A stretch of 63,718 nt of DNA, counting the filler, from Chiloscyllium plagiosum (taxonomy: Eukaryota): the NCBI RefSeq assembly GCF_004010195.1. It is 4 parts of one record of this genome, joined end to end, with 100 filler letters (N's around TTAATTAATTAA, not from the genome) between each part and the next. Parts side by side here need not be neighbours in the genome. Positions count along the whole stretch, not along the records: positions 1 to 28,990 come from NC_057717.1; positions 29,091 to 49,763 come from NC_057717.1; 2 more parts are not named here. One strand, given 5' to 3'. Under the pieces are notes generated by a model. The model searched no databases. It worked only from the letters and a program-made list of their open reading frames with translations, and had not been told where the DNA came from. The translations under genes were made by a program, and so were the position numbers. How positions within the stretch are numbered: position 1 is the first letter of the stretch; each line of letters begins with the position of its first letter. Positions 26,057 through 38,300 of this stretch are shown piece by piece.

Positions 26057-26679
26057 ACTCAATGGTCTGAGATGCATGGAGAGATTGGACAAGCGAGGAG
26101 CTTTTTCTTTGGAGCGTATGAGACCGGGGCGGGGGGGTAATCATCGATAGACATAGGTAGTGTGATTTCACTCAGTCTTTTTCCCAATTTCGGAGAATCG
26201 AGGACGAGAGGGCATCTGTTTAAGGTTCGAGGGAAAAAAACACAAGGGAAACTGAGGGGCAACTTTTTCACACAGAGTGTGCTAAGCATACGGAATGGGA
26301 TACGAATTGAAATGCTTGAGGCGAGTAGATTAACAACATTTAAAAGGCCTTTTGACGAATACATGAATAGCGAAAAATTCAAAGAATATAGGCCAAGTGC
26401 AGGGGAATAAGTTCGGCATAGATTGACATTTTGGATGACAGTTTGGGAAAAAGGGCCAGACGCTGTTGCATTTGACCATGACTCTATCCTTTATAATACC
26501 TTATTGCATGTTCCCTACTTACTGCGAAGCTAACACTGTTTGTTTTCAGATTGACTGCACAAATTAATTTCGAGTTGTTGTGGGTCATCCTAAAAAAGTA
26601 AGCTGACCGGTTCAGCAGGTGATAGAGAAGGAAAGACAATTTGATTGCTAATAGAAGGGGGTCTAGCGCGGATTTAAAA

Positions 26680-27490
26680 GATTTTTAACTCTGGCTGAGT
26701 TTGCCTGCTGAGCTGGTAGGTGCATTTCCAGACGTTTCGTCACCATACTCGGTAATATCTTCGGTGGGGCAGCAGTAAAAGCACTGCTGATGTTTCCTGC
26801 TTTTTATTTATATGCATGGGTCTCGTTGTGCTGGTAATGCCATTGCCTGTGTAGATATCTATCCGCGTTCTTTTTCTCAGGAATGCTAAATGCGGTCCAA
26901 GCTGAAAATGTGTTGCTGGAAAAGCGCAGCAGGTCAGGCAGCATCCAAGGAACAGGAGAATCGACGTTTCGGGCACAAGCCCTTCTTCAGGAATGAGGAA
27001 AGTCAATTTGTTTGTTGATAGAGCTCCAGTTGGAATGCCATGCCTCCATGATTCCTCGTGTATGTCTCTGTTTCTTTGATCCGAGGAGACATCTGTTGTC
27101 ACAATCGAAGTGCTGTCCTTCTTTATCTCTATGCAGGGATACTAGTGAGAGAGGGTCATGTCTATTGTGGCTAATTGATGTTCATGTATGCTCATGGCTA
27201 GTTTTCAGCCAGTTTGTCTAATTTATTGTTTGCTACAGTTATTGCACAGTATTTTGTAAATGACAGTAGTTTTGCTTGTTATCTGAATACAGTCTTTCAA
27301 TGTTTTGATGTGCTTGTTAGTTTGTAGGCTACAATGATGACAAGCGGTCTGATTGTCTGGCAGTCTGGATACTCACTAAACACAGTTTGTCGATTTCTCA
27401 GCAACAAACCCAAACAAGCAGAAGCAAAGTGTCCAGAAACGCTAGCCACTCTCCCCGACATCAAAGACATCTCAGAAATCACTGCCAGCC
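26680..27490. mobile_element. Penelope-like element, inverted pair (minus to about 27350, short plus piece to about 27490) with a nested Neptune-type repeat (about 26900-26995)
   Basis: Terminal repeat cagacgtttcgtcacc; ESWRHG/EAWH-type remnant; plus ORF NTVCRFLSNKPKQ..ETLATLPDIKDISEITA. Confidence 0.85.
26959..26994 (-). ncRNA. Minimal hammerhead ribozyme motif (predicted)
   Basis: AUUC-CUGAAGA-A-GGGC(UUGU)GCCC-GAAA-CG-UC|GAUU. Confidence 0.6.
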
Positions 27491-28149
27491 TGACACCGAT
27501 TGCTGCCCCTTGCTGTTTCTTGGCAACACCCAAATAGCCTCCAAATTCTGATCTTCAGATTTACTTGGTTGTCTCACCAACATATTAACTTCAGAGATTC
27601 CTCATAATGTTATGGGACATTGTTTGGCTTTTTGACTCTTCTGCTGAAATCCCGACAACAGATATATGTATTCACTTCCCATCCATGGTCCCTCTGCAAC
27701 GTCAACCTCCTCATCACAGATCGGTCATATTTGTTCGCTTCAGTTAATGCTATCATTCCAACTATCTTGTCCCAAATGGAGGATGTGATAATTCCAGTGA
27801 TAGTGAGTTTAAAAAATTGAGTCGAGGTCACGGAGATAGGAGAGTTCTCACGGCGGGAAGATGTTGCAGAGTTAAGGAGAGTTGCAGGAACTCCAGAATC
27901 CGCTCAAAAAGATCTCAGGTTGTGCATCTGCAACCGCAAGTTATTTTGGTGTTGAAATGCATGGTGTAAACTGTAAAATTATAATCAGTCGTTCAAGTAT
28001 AACATCCGTCAGTTTCCATTCTCGTTCGCATCCTGCAAGCGCTATGATTCCTGCTCCCTATAACCTCCTGCGGGATCTACGTCGCTTCCAGGTTCTGCAC
28101 TCATCCTACGTCCGTAATTTGGCTCGGGCCCGACAACGCTTCCTTCCTC

Positions 28150-28990
28150 TGCATTGATCTCCAGAAGTGCTTGAGAGAGTGGGGGACCTTTGCAGACAAT
28201 GGGAGGTTTTCAGTGGCAAAAGGAGGCTTTAGTAATTCTCAGGGCTATTGGTGAAGAATGAAGGTGGAGGGTGAGAAATGTTTCTAGGGACACTCTATGT
28301 TTTCACTGTATGGATTTATTTTCGGGAATAGATGAGTTCACAGATTTACGTCGGATTTAAGGATTGGAACATTTCATTCAAAAATAGAAGGATTGCAAAA
28401 GCATGATGTTGATTCAGGAAACTGGAGAGTTAGGGATCTGAACGAAGTAATACAAGTGAGAAGAGTTTGCAGCAATGGACGAAGTTGCAGAGGCAGCAAT
28501 TGTCTGAATTAAAGCCGATAATGGAGGTTGGGAGGTCTGTGGGACTACAGATGATATCAAAGGGAGGAAGAACCGTAAAGCCACAGGAGGTCATAGAAAT
28601 GTGGAGAGCTGTAGGGTCGTCAGGAGTTCATGGAGATAGAGAGTGATGTAACAGTTTGCAGGGATAATGCCGTTTGTATGACAGGGTTGATTTACAGAGA
28701 CAGAGAGTGTTTCATGGAACGGAGTAGATTATAGAGATAAAAAAAGACTTGTGTCGGCTGGAAGAACAAATAGACAAATAGAGAATAGTCATCACTGAAG
28801 AGGTTTAGTTATATAGAAAGCTTTTGGAGGTTAGTTAGATATGGGGTGTGTGGCATCTGGCAGATTTTCCCGGAGATAAGGACAGCAAACTTTGTTTCAC
28901 TGGCAAGGGAACGTTGCACAAACTGACGGATGTTTTGCGGTAATGTTGGTTCAAGAGGAGGGAGACGTTTACACAGATAGGAGAGAGAGC
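28150..28990. repeat. Degenerate purine-rich satellite-like tract ending at a gap
   Basis: Recurrent g(a/t)t(t/g)(a/g)cagagataga-like units. Confidence 0.55.
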
Positions 28991-29090
28991 NNNNNNNNNN
29001 NNNNNNNNNNNNNNNNNNNNNNNNNNNNNNNNNNTTAATTAATTAANNNNNNNNNNNNNNNNNNNNNNNNNNNNNNNNNNNNNNNNNNNN
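28991..29090. other. Assembly gap with artificial six-frame-stop linker
   Basis: 44 N + TTAATTAATTAA + 44 N; the same structure occurs at 49764 and 61576. Confidence 0.97.
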
Positions 29091-29904
29091 TTCAAGTTCA
29101 AGATTGGTGTTCTCCCATTTTATAACTTTCACTTTTGTACCACACCTGTCCTTTTCCACTGTCGTTTTCAAACTAGTAGAATCGTAGTCACTTTGCCAAA
29201 ATGCTCCCCCATTAACACATCAATACATTCCCACATTGTTTCCCAAGTGGAGGTCAGTTTCCAATGAATCGCATCTAACTGATGAGCTAATCTTATTTTT
29301 TCGTTCCAGTAATACTGCTTCACTGGTCAATCCCGCATGTATATTCTCTCTAATTAATGTGATGTTTGATCTAATCTTGCCTACAGTTCTATCCTTCCAG
29401 TAGCATCAGTATGTTGGGACATTGAGCTGCCAGTGCTGACCTTACTCAGCTGTGCTTCAGTAACACACATAGAATCCAAATCCCATGTTCCGTTTCATGT
29501 CCTGAGTTCATCTGCCTGCCTGTCAGGCCCCTTGCATTGAAACAAATGCAATTTAATTAATCAATTTCCCTCATAGCCTTCAGTGCTCTTGCGTGTCTTG
29601 TCTTTTTAAGTTGCTCACCTGAACACCTGTGAAAACTCACAGTGCAGCAAATGAAAATTCAAAAGATTTATTTGGAAGTAACTTCTTCTGGAGTGCTATA
29701 CCTTGGTCAGGTAATTAGACCATAACTTATGGTACAACTTCTGTACTAGCCTCCAAGTTATTTTTGAAATCACAACTGTTTTGGATCCCTCAGCCCTGCC
29801 AGACCAGCTCAAGTCTTCTCGAGTAGCTCTTGCAATTCGCCCTAACAGAAAATGACTTCTCCACCTTGGCTACCTGTGTTGACACTTTCAGGGCTGAGTG
29901 AATT

Positions 29905-30140
29905 TCGCGAAGATTTATAGTACAGGTTGAGATTCTGGATGAAGGTTTGCTCGCTGAGGTGGAAGTTTCGCTTTTAGCTCTTTCGTCACCATTCTAGGTA
30001 ACACCATCAGTTAGCCTCGGGTGAAACATTTGTGTTAGTGAACGGCTTTCTATTTACGTGTTTAGGTTTCCTTCGGTTGGCGACGTCACTTCCTCTCGTT
30101 ATGTCATTTTCTGTTGTTTTATAATTTCCTGTGTTAGTTT
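29905..30140 (-). mobile_element. Penelope-like terminal repeat (family of 17624-19015), truncated by the CR1
   Basis: aggtttgctcgctgag..tttcgtcaccattctaggtaacaccatcagt matches 17630-17830. Confidence 0.8.
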
Positions 30141-30715
30141 GTCTTTTTGAGTGCAAGCAGCAGCGGAGATAAGACGAAGCCAGAAGACTGCAGCTAAGTT
30201 AAGTCGGTTTTTTAAAACAATACTTACCGGTAGTTGACAGCGGTGTTTTCCCTTTCACAGAAGGAGCGGGAGCATTGGGGGAAGTGACAAGGACCAGAGG
30301 GACAGCCGGGAAGGAAAGCAGTGAGTATAAATACTCCCCCTTCGACGCCAACGGCCATTTTGAGTGCGAGCAGCAGCGAAGGTAAGACGAACCCGGAAGA
30401 CTGCAGCTAAGGTAAGGCAGTTTTTAAAAAAAATACTTACCGGTAGAGGACAACGGTGTTTGCCCTTTCACAGATGGAGCGGGAGCAGCGGGGGAAGTGA
30501 CGAGGACCAGAGGGACAGCCGGGAAGGAAAGCAGTGACCATATATATCAGCAAGGCGGCTAAATCCGAGACTCTACAATTGTAGAGTCTCCCACCCACCC
30601 TCCTCCTCCAACCTAATAATAAGACCCGTTCTGGTAAGTAGGTAAGTGCTACATTTTGCTTGTTCTATTCTTTAGACCAAGTTTGTTTTTTAAAAAAAAT
30701 GTTACTTTTAGAGGG

Positions 30716-31657
30716 ATGGCAGTGAAGGCAGTGCAATGTTCCTCTTGCAATATGTTGAGGTGAGGGATGACATGGTCGTCCCTGCTGATTACGCTTACAG
30801 GAAGTGCACCCATCTCCAGCTCCTCCAAAACCGTGTTAGGGAACTGGAGCTGGAGTTGGATGAAGTTAGGATCATCCGGGAGGAAGAGGTGGCCATAGAT
30901 CGGAGCTTTAGGGAAGTAGCAACTCCAAAGATTGCAGACAGATGGGTGACAGTGAGGGGGACTGGGAGGAAGCAGCCAGTGCAGGACCCCCTGCGGCCGT
31001 TCTCCTCAAGAACAAGTATACCGTTTTGGATACTTGTGGGGGGGGGGGACTTACCGGGGTAAGCAATGGGGTTCAGGCCTCTGACATGGAGCCTATCCCC
31101 GTTGCTCAGGAGGGAAGGGTGGAGAAGAGCAGAGCAATAATTATTGGGGACTCGATAGTTCGGGGCACAGATAGGCGGTTTTATGGGGGTGAGAGAGACT
31201 CACGTTTGGTATGTTGCCTCCCAGGTGCAAGGGTATGTGACGTCTCTGATCGTGTGTTCTGGGTCCTTAAGGGTGAGGGGGAGCAGCCCGAAGTCGTGGT
31301 CCACATTGGCACCAACGACATAGGACGGATGAAGGCTGAGGATGTCAGGCAGGCTTTCAGGGAGCTAGGTTGGAAACTCAGAGTTAGAACACATAGAGTT
31401 GTTGTCTCTGGTTTGTTACCCATGCCACGTGATAGAGAGTCGAGGAATAGGGAGAGAGAACAGTTAAATGCGTAGCTCCAGGGATGGTGCAGGAGGGAGG
31501 GATTCTGGTATCGAGATAACTGGGGTTCTTTCTGGGGAAGCTGGGACCTCTATAAACAGGATGGTCTACACCTGAACCTGAGGGGCACCGGTATCCTTGG
31601 GGGAGCATTTGCTAGTGCTCTTGGCGGCGGGGGGGGAGGGGGGCGCGTTAAACTAAC
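30716..31657 (+). pseudogene. CR1 ORF1 (Cys-rich knuckle/leucine zipper + SGNH esterase), frameshifted
   Basis: MAVKAVQCSSCN..RKCTHLQLLQNRVRELELEL; IGDSIVRG, HIGTND and DGLHLN SGNH motifs; frameshifts and a stop at 31473-31475. Confidence 0.9.
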
Positions 31658-31771
31658 TCTGCAGGGGCATGGGAACCCAGACTGTAGCTTTCGATGCAGG
31701 ACCTGGAGTGTAAGGAGGTTAGAAACATGGCATCAATCTCAAAGGAGGGTGCCTGTGAACAGGAAAGTAGA

Positions 31772-34196
31772 TTGAAGTGTGTGTACTTCAATGCGAGAAG
31801 TATATGAAATAAAGTAGGTGAACTTGCAGCATGGGTTGGTTACTGGGATTTCGATGTTGTGGCTATTACGGTGATATGGGTAGAACAGGGGCAGGATTGG
31901 CTGCTGCAGGTTCCAGGGTTTAAATGTTTAGTAGGGTCAGAGGTGGGGGTAAAAGAGGGGGAGGTGTGGCATTGCTTGTCAAAGTAGTATTACAGCTGTG
32001 GAAAGGACGATGGATGAAGACTCGCCATCTGAGGTAGTTTGGGCTGAGGTGAGGAATAGGAAAGGTGAGGTAACCCTGTTAGGAGTTTTCTACAGGCCTC
32101 CTATTAGTCCTAGAAACGTAGAAGAAAGGATTGCGAGGATGATACAGGAATAGAGTGAAAGTAATAGGGTGGTTGTCATTGGGTCTTTAACTTTCCAGAT
32201 ATTGAATGGGAAAGCTATAGCTCGAGTTCGTTAGATGGGCCAGTGTTTGTTCAATGTGTGCAGGAGGGTTTCCTGACCCAATATGTAGATCGGCCAACAA
32301 GAGGTGAGGCCATACTGGATTTGGTTCTGGGTAACGAACCAGGCCAGGTGTTATAATTCGAGGTAGGTGAGCACTTTGGGGACAGTGACTACAATTCGGT
32401 GACTTTTACTCTAGTGATGGAGAGGGATAAGAATGCACTGCAGGGCAAGAGTTATAGCTGGGGGCAGGGAAATTATGATGCGGTGAGGCACGACCTAGGA
32501 TGCATGGCTTGGAAAAGTAGGTTTCAAGGCATCGGCACAATTGATATGTGGAGCTTGTTCAAGGAGCAACTATTGAGTGTCCTTGATAAGTATGTACCTG
32601 CCAGCAGGGAGGAAAGGGTCGTGTGAGGGAGCCGTGGTTTAATAAGGAACTGGAATCCCTTGTTAAAGGGAAGAGGGCGGCCTATGTATAAATGAGGCGT
32701 GATGGTTCAATTGGGGCGATTGAGAGTTATAAGATAAGTCCCCTGGGCCTGATGGCATTTATTCTAGGATTCTCTGGGAAGCAAGGGAGGAGATTGCCGA
32801 GGCATTGGCCTTGGTTTTTGTGTCCTCGTTGTCGACAGGAATAGTGCCAAAAGACTGGAGGTTAGCAAATGTGGTTCCCTTGTTCAAGAAGGGGAGTAGG
32901 GATAACCCTGGTAACTATAGGCCGGTGAGTCTCACTTCTGTTGTGGGTAAAGTCTTAGAGAGAATTGTAAGGGATAGTATTTGTGAACATCTGGATAGGA
33001 ATAATGTGATCAAGGATAGTCAGCATGGTTTTGTGAAGGGCAGTTCGTGCCTCACAAACATTATTGAATTCTTTGAGAAGGTGACTAAGGAGGTAGAGGA
33101 GGGTAAATCGGTAGATGTGTTGTATATGGATTTTAGTAAGGCGTTTGATTAGGTTCCCCATGGTACGCTATTGAAAAAAATACGGAGGTATGGCATTGAG
33201 GATGAGTTGGAGGTTTGGATTTGGAATTGGCTGGCTGGAAGAAGACAGAGGGTAGTAGTTGATTTTAAATGTTCATCTTGGTGTGCAGTTACTAGCGGTG
33301 TTCCACAAGGATCTGTTTTGGGACCATTGCTGTTTGTCATTTTTATAAATGACCTGGAGGAGGGGCGAGAAGGTTGGGTGAGCACGTTTGCGGATGATAC
33401 GAAAGTCAGTGGAGTTGTTGACAGTGAGGAAGGATGTGTCAGGTAGCAGCGGGATATAGATACGCTGCAGAGCTGGGCAGAAAGGTGGCAAATGGAATTT
33501 AATGTAGGTAAGTGTGAGATGATTCACTTTGGTAAGAGTAACAAAAAGATAGGGTACTGGGCTAATGGTCAGATACTTGGTAGTGTGGATGAGCAGAGGG
33601 ATCTTGGTGTCCATGTGCACAGATCTCTGAAAGTTGCCGCCCAGGTAAATAGTGTGGTGAAGAAGGCATATGACGTACTGGCTTTTATTGGTAGAGGAAT
33701 TGAGTTCCGGAGTCCTGAGGTCATGTTGCAGTTGTATAAGACTCTGGTGCGGCCGCATCTGGAGTATTGTGTGCAGTGTTGGTCGCCATACTATAGGAAG
33801 GATGTGGAGGCCCTGGAAATGGTGCAGAGGATGTTCACCAGGATGTTGCCTGGTATGGTAGGAAGATCGTATGAGGAAAGGCTTAGGTACTTGGGGCTGT
33901 TTTCATTGGAGAATAGAAGGTTTAGGGGTGACTTGATGGATGTGTTCAAGATGATTAGAGGTTTAGATATGGTTGACCATGAGAACATTTTTCCACGTAT
34001 GGAGTTAGCTATTATGACGGGGCATAGCTTTAAATTAAGGGGTGGGATGTATAGGACAGATGTTAGGGGTAGATTCTTTACTCAGCGTGTCGTGTTTTCA
34101 TGGAATGCCCAGCCAGTAGCAGTGATGGACTCTCCCTGTTTATGTGCATTTAAACGGGCATTGGATAGGCATATGAAGGATAGTGGGCTAGTGTAG
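31772..34196 (+). pseudogene. CR1 ORF2 (APE endonuclease + reverse transcriptase), disrupted
   Basis: [60 protein letters not shown]; several stops. A linker segment appears deleted near 32730. Confidence 0.93.
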
Positions 34197-34896
34197 GTTA
34201 GGTGGGCTTGGATCGGCGCAGCATCGAGGGCCAAAGGGCCTGTACTGCGGTGTATTTATCTATGTTCTATGTTCTATTTCCGAACCTCTCTTCTAGCCAC
34301 GCTCCATTATCCCAACACGTGTCTATTCCTACACCTAAAGCATTACAGTGGATCAGGAACGCAGCTCACAATCAATTTGTCAAGGCAAGTACAGATGGGA
34401 AAAATGATGACCTAACTAGTGCTGGCCACATCCCATCAATGAATTTAAAAGAAGACAAACTCATGGATTTTTCATTTCCCCTTTATTTCCTGCATACAAT
34501 CCATATTCCGATTTCGTTTTGTCATGAGCAAACATGGAAACATTAGATTTCGTCCACCCATCAAATTCATCAGTCCACCTTGTGGATAGTTGGAGACTAA
34601 GAAACCCATGTATTCCCACTTTCTTTTTCTGACTGATAAATAATTCTCAACCCATGTCAGTACTCCCCCTCCAATTCCAGAAGTGCCAATTTTGCTTCGT
34701 CTCCTTTACAGTGGTACCTTTTTAAAGGCTTTGTGGAACTCCTAATAAACCATCCCACGTCTTTATCTATTCTGCTGTTTACAGCCAGACAAAAAACAAA
34801 TCCAATAATGTTTTGTTTTTACATTTTGAATTCACAAGAACATACTTGGCACGGATGGAGGATTGGCTGATTGGGGAGAGCAGATAGTGGGTATTC

Positions 34897-35997
34897 CTAC
34901 GACGTGGAGTTTGAACTCGTCTGCTAAGTAAACCAATCACCTGGCAAAAGCTCGCCTCAACTCCTAATCAGGTTGGATTCCCTAAAGTGTGGAAATAAGC
35001 CCTTCTGCCCAACATGTCCACAACTCCCCCCTGAAGATAACCCCATCCTGACCTGTTTTCCTCTGACTAAAGCACCTAATACTATGGGCAATTTAAAATG
35101 GCCAATTCACCTGACTTACATATCTTTGGAATGTTCGAGGAAACCGGAACACCTGGAGGAAACCCACGCAGACGCGAGAAGAATGTAGAATGTGCAAACT
35201 CTGCATAGACAGTTACCCAAGACTGGAATCGAACCCGAGTCCCTGACGCTGTGAGATAGCAGTGCTAATCACTGAGCCACCGTGCCACCCTTCGGAGTGA
35301 CAGATAACTGCTACGATCCACCATTTGAAGAAAAATAGCAATCTCTTCTATTAACTCTAAACAACAATTCTTAAATTCAAGTCACCTTTTTCTTAACTAC
35401 TTACTATTGGATTTCAAATTGATAAAGTATGCTTTTCCAGCAACCAACTTATAATTAAATAACTTAATGTCAGTATTACACATTCTCTGTCTTCTCTGCT
35501 GTCTTCAATTTCCCAGCCGCTGATCTCTCTTCATTTTCGTGTTTTTTTTTTACTGTGAGTCGGTCTTACATTAAAAGGGACCTTTGATAAAGAATGTATT
35601 CTAATTCCTTTGAGAGCACGAAGGCAAATAGGAAGTTAGCACTCCTGCTCGATAGCAGTTGTTATATACTCCGATGGCAGTTGCTCTCCCACTAATTTTA
35701 AAAATACCGGATTTATATACTCCTGCCATGACACATTAATTGCGATAATTTGCTTGGTTTCTTGGTGTGAAAACAGTAAAATACAAGTTCCATTGGCTTC
35801 TAGTTTCCTGAGGATGATTTAAAATAATTGGTTAAATGAGAGTTGTTGTCATATCAACAGCTAAAACAAAAGTATCCAGTTAAGAACCAATTTTCGCATT
35901 TGTAACAGCCCTTTAGCTGACATCTGTGGCTATGCTTTAAATTCAGAAAAACACTTTCAATCTGAAAGTGATTATACATGCTTTCGACTTCGTAACA
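34897..35997 (-). mobile_element. 3' LTR of a Gypsy-type element, interrupted by a SINE
   Basis: On the minus strand a purine tract GGGGAAG (36004-35998) directly precedes TGTTACGA at 35997; TATA-like tatataaatcc near 35715. The distal end is decayed and approximate. Confidence 0.6.
34970..35292 (-). mobile_element. HE1-type V-SINE
   Basis: gggtggcacggtggctcagtg..gggttcgattcc A/B boxes and V-domain. Confidence 0.9.
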
Positions 35998-36153
35998 CTT
36001 CCCCAAGACATATAAAAGAGGCATCTGCATGATTTTTTTCGACTTCATAACATCATTCTTCTGAAATACATATGTAGTTAACCTAAGTTATGCCTTTTAT
36101 AAAAAAAATATAAAAAATGGCATCATTCAAATCATATCTACACCTTTTCCCCA

Positions 36154-36735
36154 TCAAACCCGCGATGACGCATTCATACAACATGTTTATGACGTGCAAC
36201 ATGTACAATCAGTAAACTAGAAGTCTGTAACACAAGACTCCAATGGAAATATCTCACGCTTTTGTCTTTAAATATTTCAAATGTAAGAGAGGACTGCGGC
36301 CCGTGTACACCACTGTCTCCAACACCTTGTTGGCCGCATACAACATTTTAATGTATAAGGCCAGTACCCAACTCAATAATTCATTATCGAATGGCAGAGA
36401 ATTTTCTAGAATGGATATTGAGAATTTTTGAAAAGTAGACAGTTCGTTGTTTAAATACATTATTATACTTCTGCGTCAGTGCTGTCCCAACTGCTAGATC
36501 ACTAGCATCGATTGCAACTTTGATAGACTTAAATAAAATAGTGTAGCTAAAACTGGTGCCGTCGGTAAAACTTTTATTAAATTTTCAATGTCCTCCTGGC
36601 ATCGTTCTGTTCACCGAGATTTAATGTTCTACTGTAGCAAATGGCTCAGTGGTGCCACCACGCTGCTGGATTTTGTACAAGAAGAATTGTCTCAGTCCTG
36701 AAAATCGAAGCACCTCGTTCATCGAGGATGTTCAT
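36154..36735 (-). pseudogene. Ty3/Gypsy pol remnant: RT connection + RNase H, ending in a stop
   Basis: Manual translation across frameshifts: EVLRFSGL..SSVVAPLSHLL..CQEDIENLIKVLPTAPVLA..KVAIDASDLAVGTAL..ETVVYTG..WSLVLQ..IVHVA..NASSRV*. Confidence 0.85.
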
Positions 36736-37992
36736 GGAAAGTGTCAGACAGCGTACTCCTGCTGCTACTTCTTAAGTTCTTACAATTTGGCGTAATCTTA
36801 TCTTTTTTAATGCAAAGCACCAGCTGATCGAGTTTTGGGAGAAATTTCTACTGCCAGTGTAAGTGAATTGCATGAAACACAACACATCAATTGGCATTCG
36901 GATCCTCACAGTGTGAAATTATGTTGGATTTCCACCGAGAGCAACTTGCCACTCTTTGGATTTTCTGGAATTAATCAGCATCCCGGCAACCAGTGTTAAG
37001 TGAAAAGCCCATAGCACAGCTGGACAAGCACAGTCTGTGCAGTCCTTGCACTTTCCCTGATATTGAGCCTGGACGTGGCAGGCAAGGTGAAATTGCTACC
37101 CTACCCAAACCCGCGTTGTAGACATGAGTATTTTGCTTCTCCTCGGAGAGGAGTTTCACAAGCAGGATTCCGCTTCTGCCAGGCCCATGACTGGAGGCTG
37201 TGACAACAAACCATGACTGTCAGCTCTGAAGTTGCAACCCGAGTTAGAGAAGGCAACACCATCAGGAGGAATGTACTGCATTGAAGGGAGATATTTGTCA
37301 ATCTTCACTCCAACAGCGTAAGTGAAGACCTCGTGCAAATCCCGTCATTGCTCTTGACAAGAACGAACAAGAGGCAGAGAGATTATCAAGAAAGGCATCA
37401 GGGATATTTCACCCACTCTCCCGGTAAACTCGTCACAGCTCACATCACACAGATTACACAGGAACAATTTAGCTGCAGCTGAGAAACAATAAGGAAAAAC
37501 AAATACTGGTGGTGACGGTACATTTAAATTATAATTGCAGAGCAAATTCTGTGCATTTTATAAACAGGAAATTAGATATGCAAATACTGACATTGTCGAC
37601 GAAATTCAGCAGATCTCGCAGTGTTTGTCGGAAGTCAGCAGAGATAACATTTCAAATTCGGGGACTCTTCATCAAAACAGTTTCTGTTTCAGATCGCCAG
37701 CATAAGCCGTTCTTTGTTTGCTTTTCGATCAGCAAATATTTTACATACCGTAATAATAATGGATGACATGATTTGCGAGGAAGGAGAATGTGTGAGGTCG
37801 TGTAGGCAGCTGTTCAAAAGTTAGGCCAGTAGTATTTGGAGACCCTGTTCCCGAACGAGCTGGAGAGGGTTGTGTGTGTTAATCATGGGTGACAGCAAAG
37901 CTAGATGTAACCCATTCGAATTCAACGTCATCTGAACAGATATGTTGGATCCAGAGAAAGTGGGATAATGCAGTCATTCTTAGCTGATGATG

Positions 37993-38300
37993 TGGTGGCA
38001 CGGTGACTCAGTGCTTAGCAGCCCTGTCACATTGCGCCAGGGATCCGGTTTTGATTCCAGCTTGCAGTGACTGTCTGTGGGGAGTTTGCATTTTCTGCCT
38101 GTGTCTGAGTGGGGTTCCTTCTGGTACTCCGTTTTCCTCTCGCAGTCAATAGATGTGCAGGCTATGTGGATTGTCTATGGGAAATTCAGGGTTGTAGGGA
38201 TAGTGTAGGAGGATAGATCTGGGTGGGAGGCTCTTCGGAGGGATTGTTGTTGATTTGAAGTGCTAAAGTGGTTTCTTAAACACTCTTGTGATTATGATTC
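37993..38300 (+). mobile_element. HE1-type V-SINE, diverged
   Basis: gtggtggcacggtgactcagtgcttagca..ttttgattcc..ggagtttgca..gggttccttctggtactccgttttcc. Confidence 0.85.

Larger units (their letters stand above)
24030..26490 (+). mobile_element. Decayed CR1 ORF2 with internal deletions, interrupted at 25846-26056
   Basis: ORFs VGDSDF, GVYMYF..WIRNWL, HCVQFWAP and SRTRGHLFK..FFTQSV. Confidence 0.88.
30141..34277 (+). mobile_element. Near-full-length CR1 LINE (5' UTR tandem repeat, ORF1, ORF2 with internal deletion, 3' microsatellite tail)
   Basis: Two approximately 213-bp 5' repeats, then ORF1 and ORF2 motifs in the expected order; tail tctatgttctatgttcta at about 34259-34276. Confidence 0.95.

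Noticed and set aside
30942..31475. Cellular SGNH/GDSL esterase gene
   Set aside because: It is CR1 ORF1, frameshifted and directly upstream of APE-RT ORF2.
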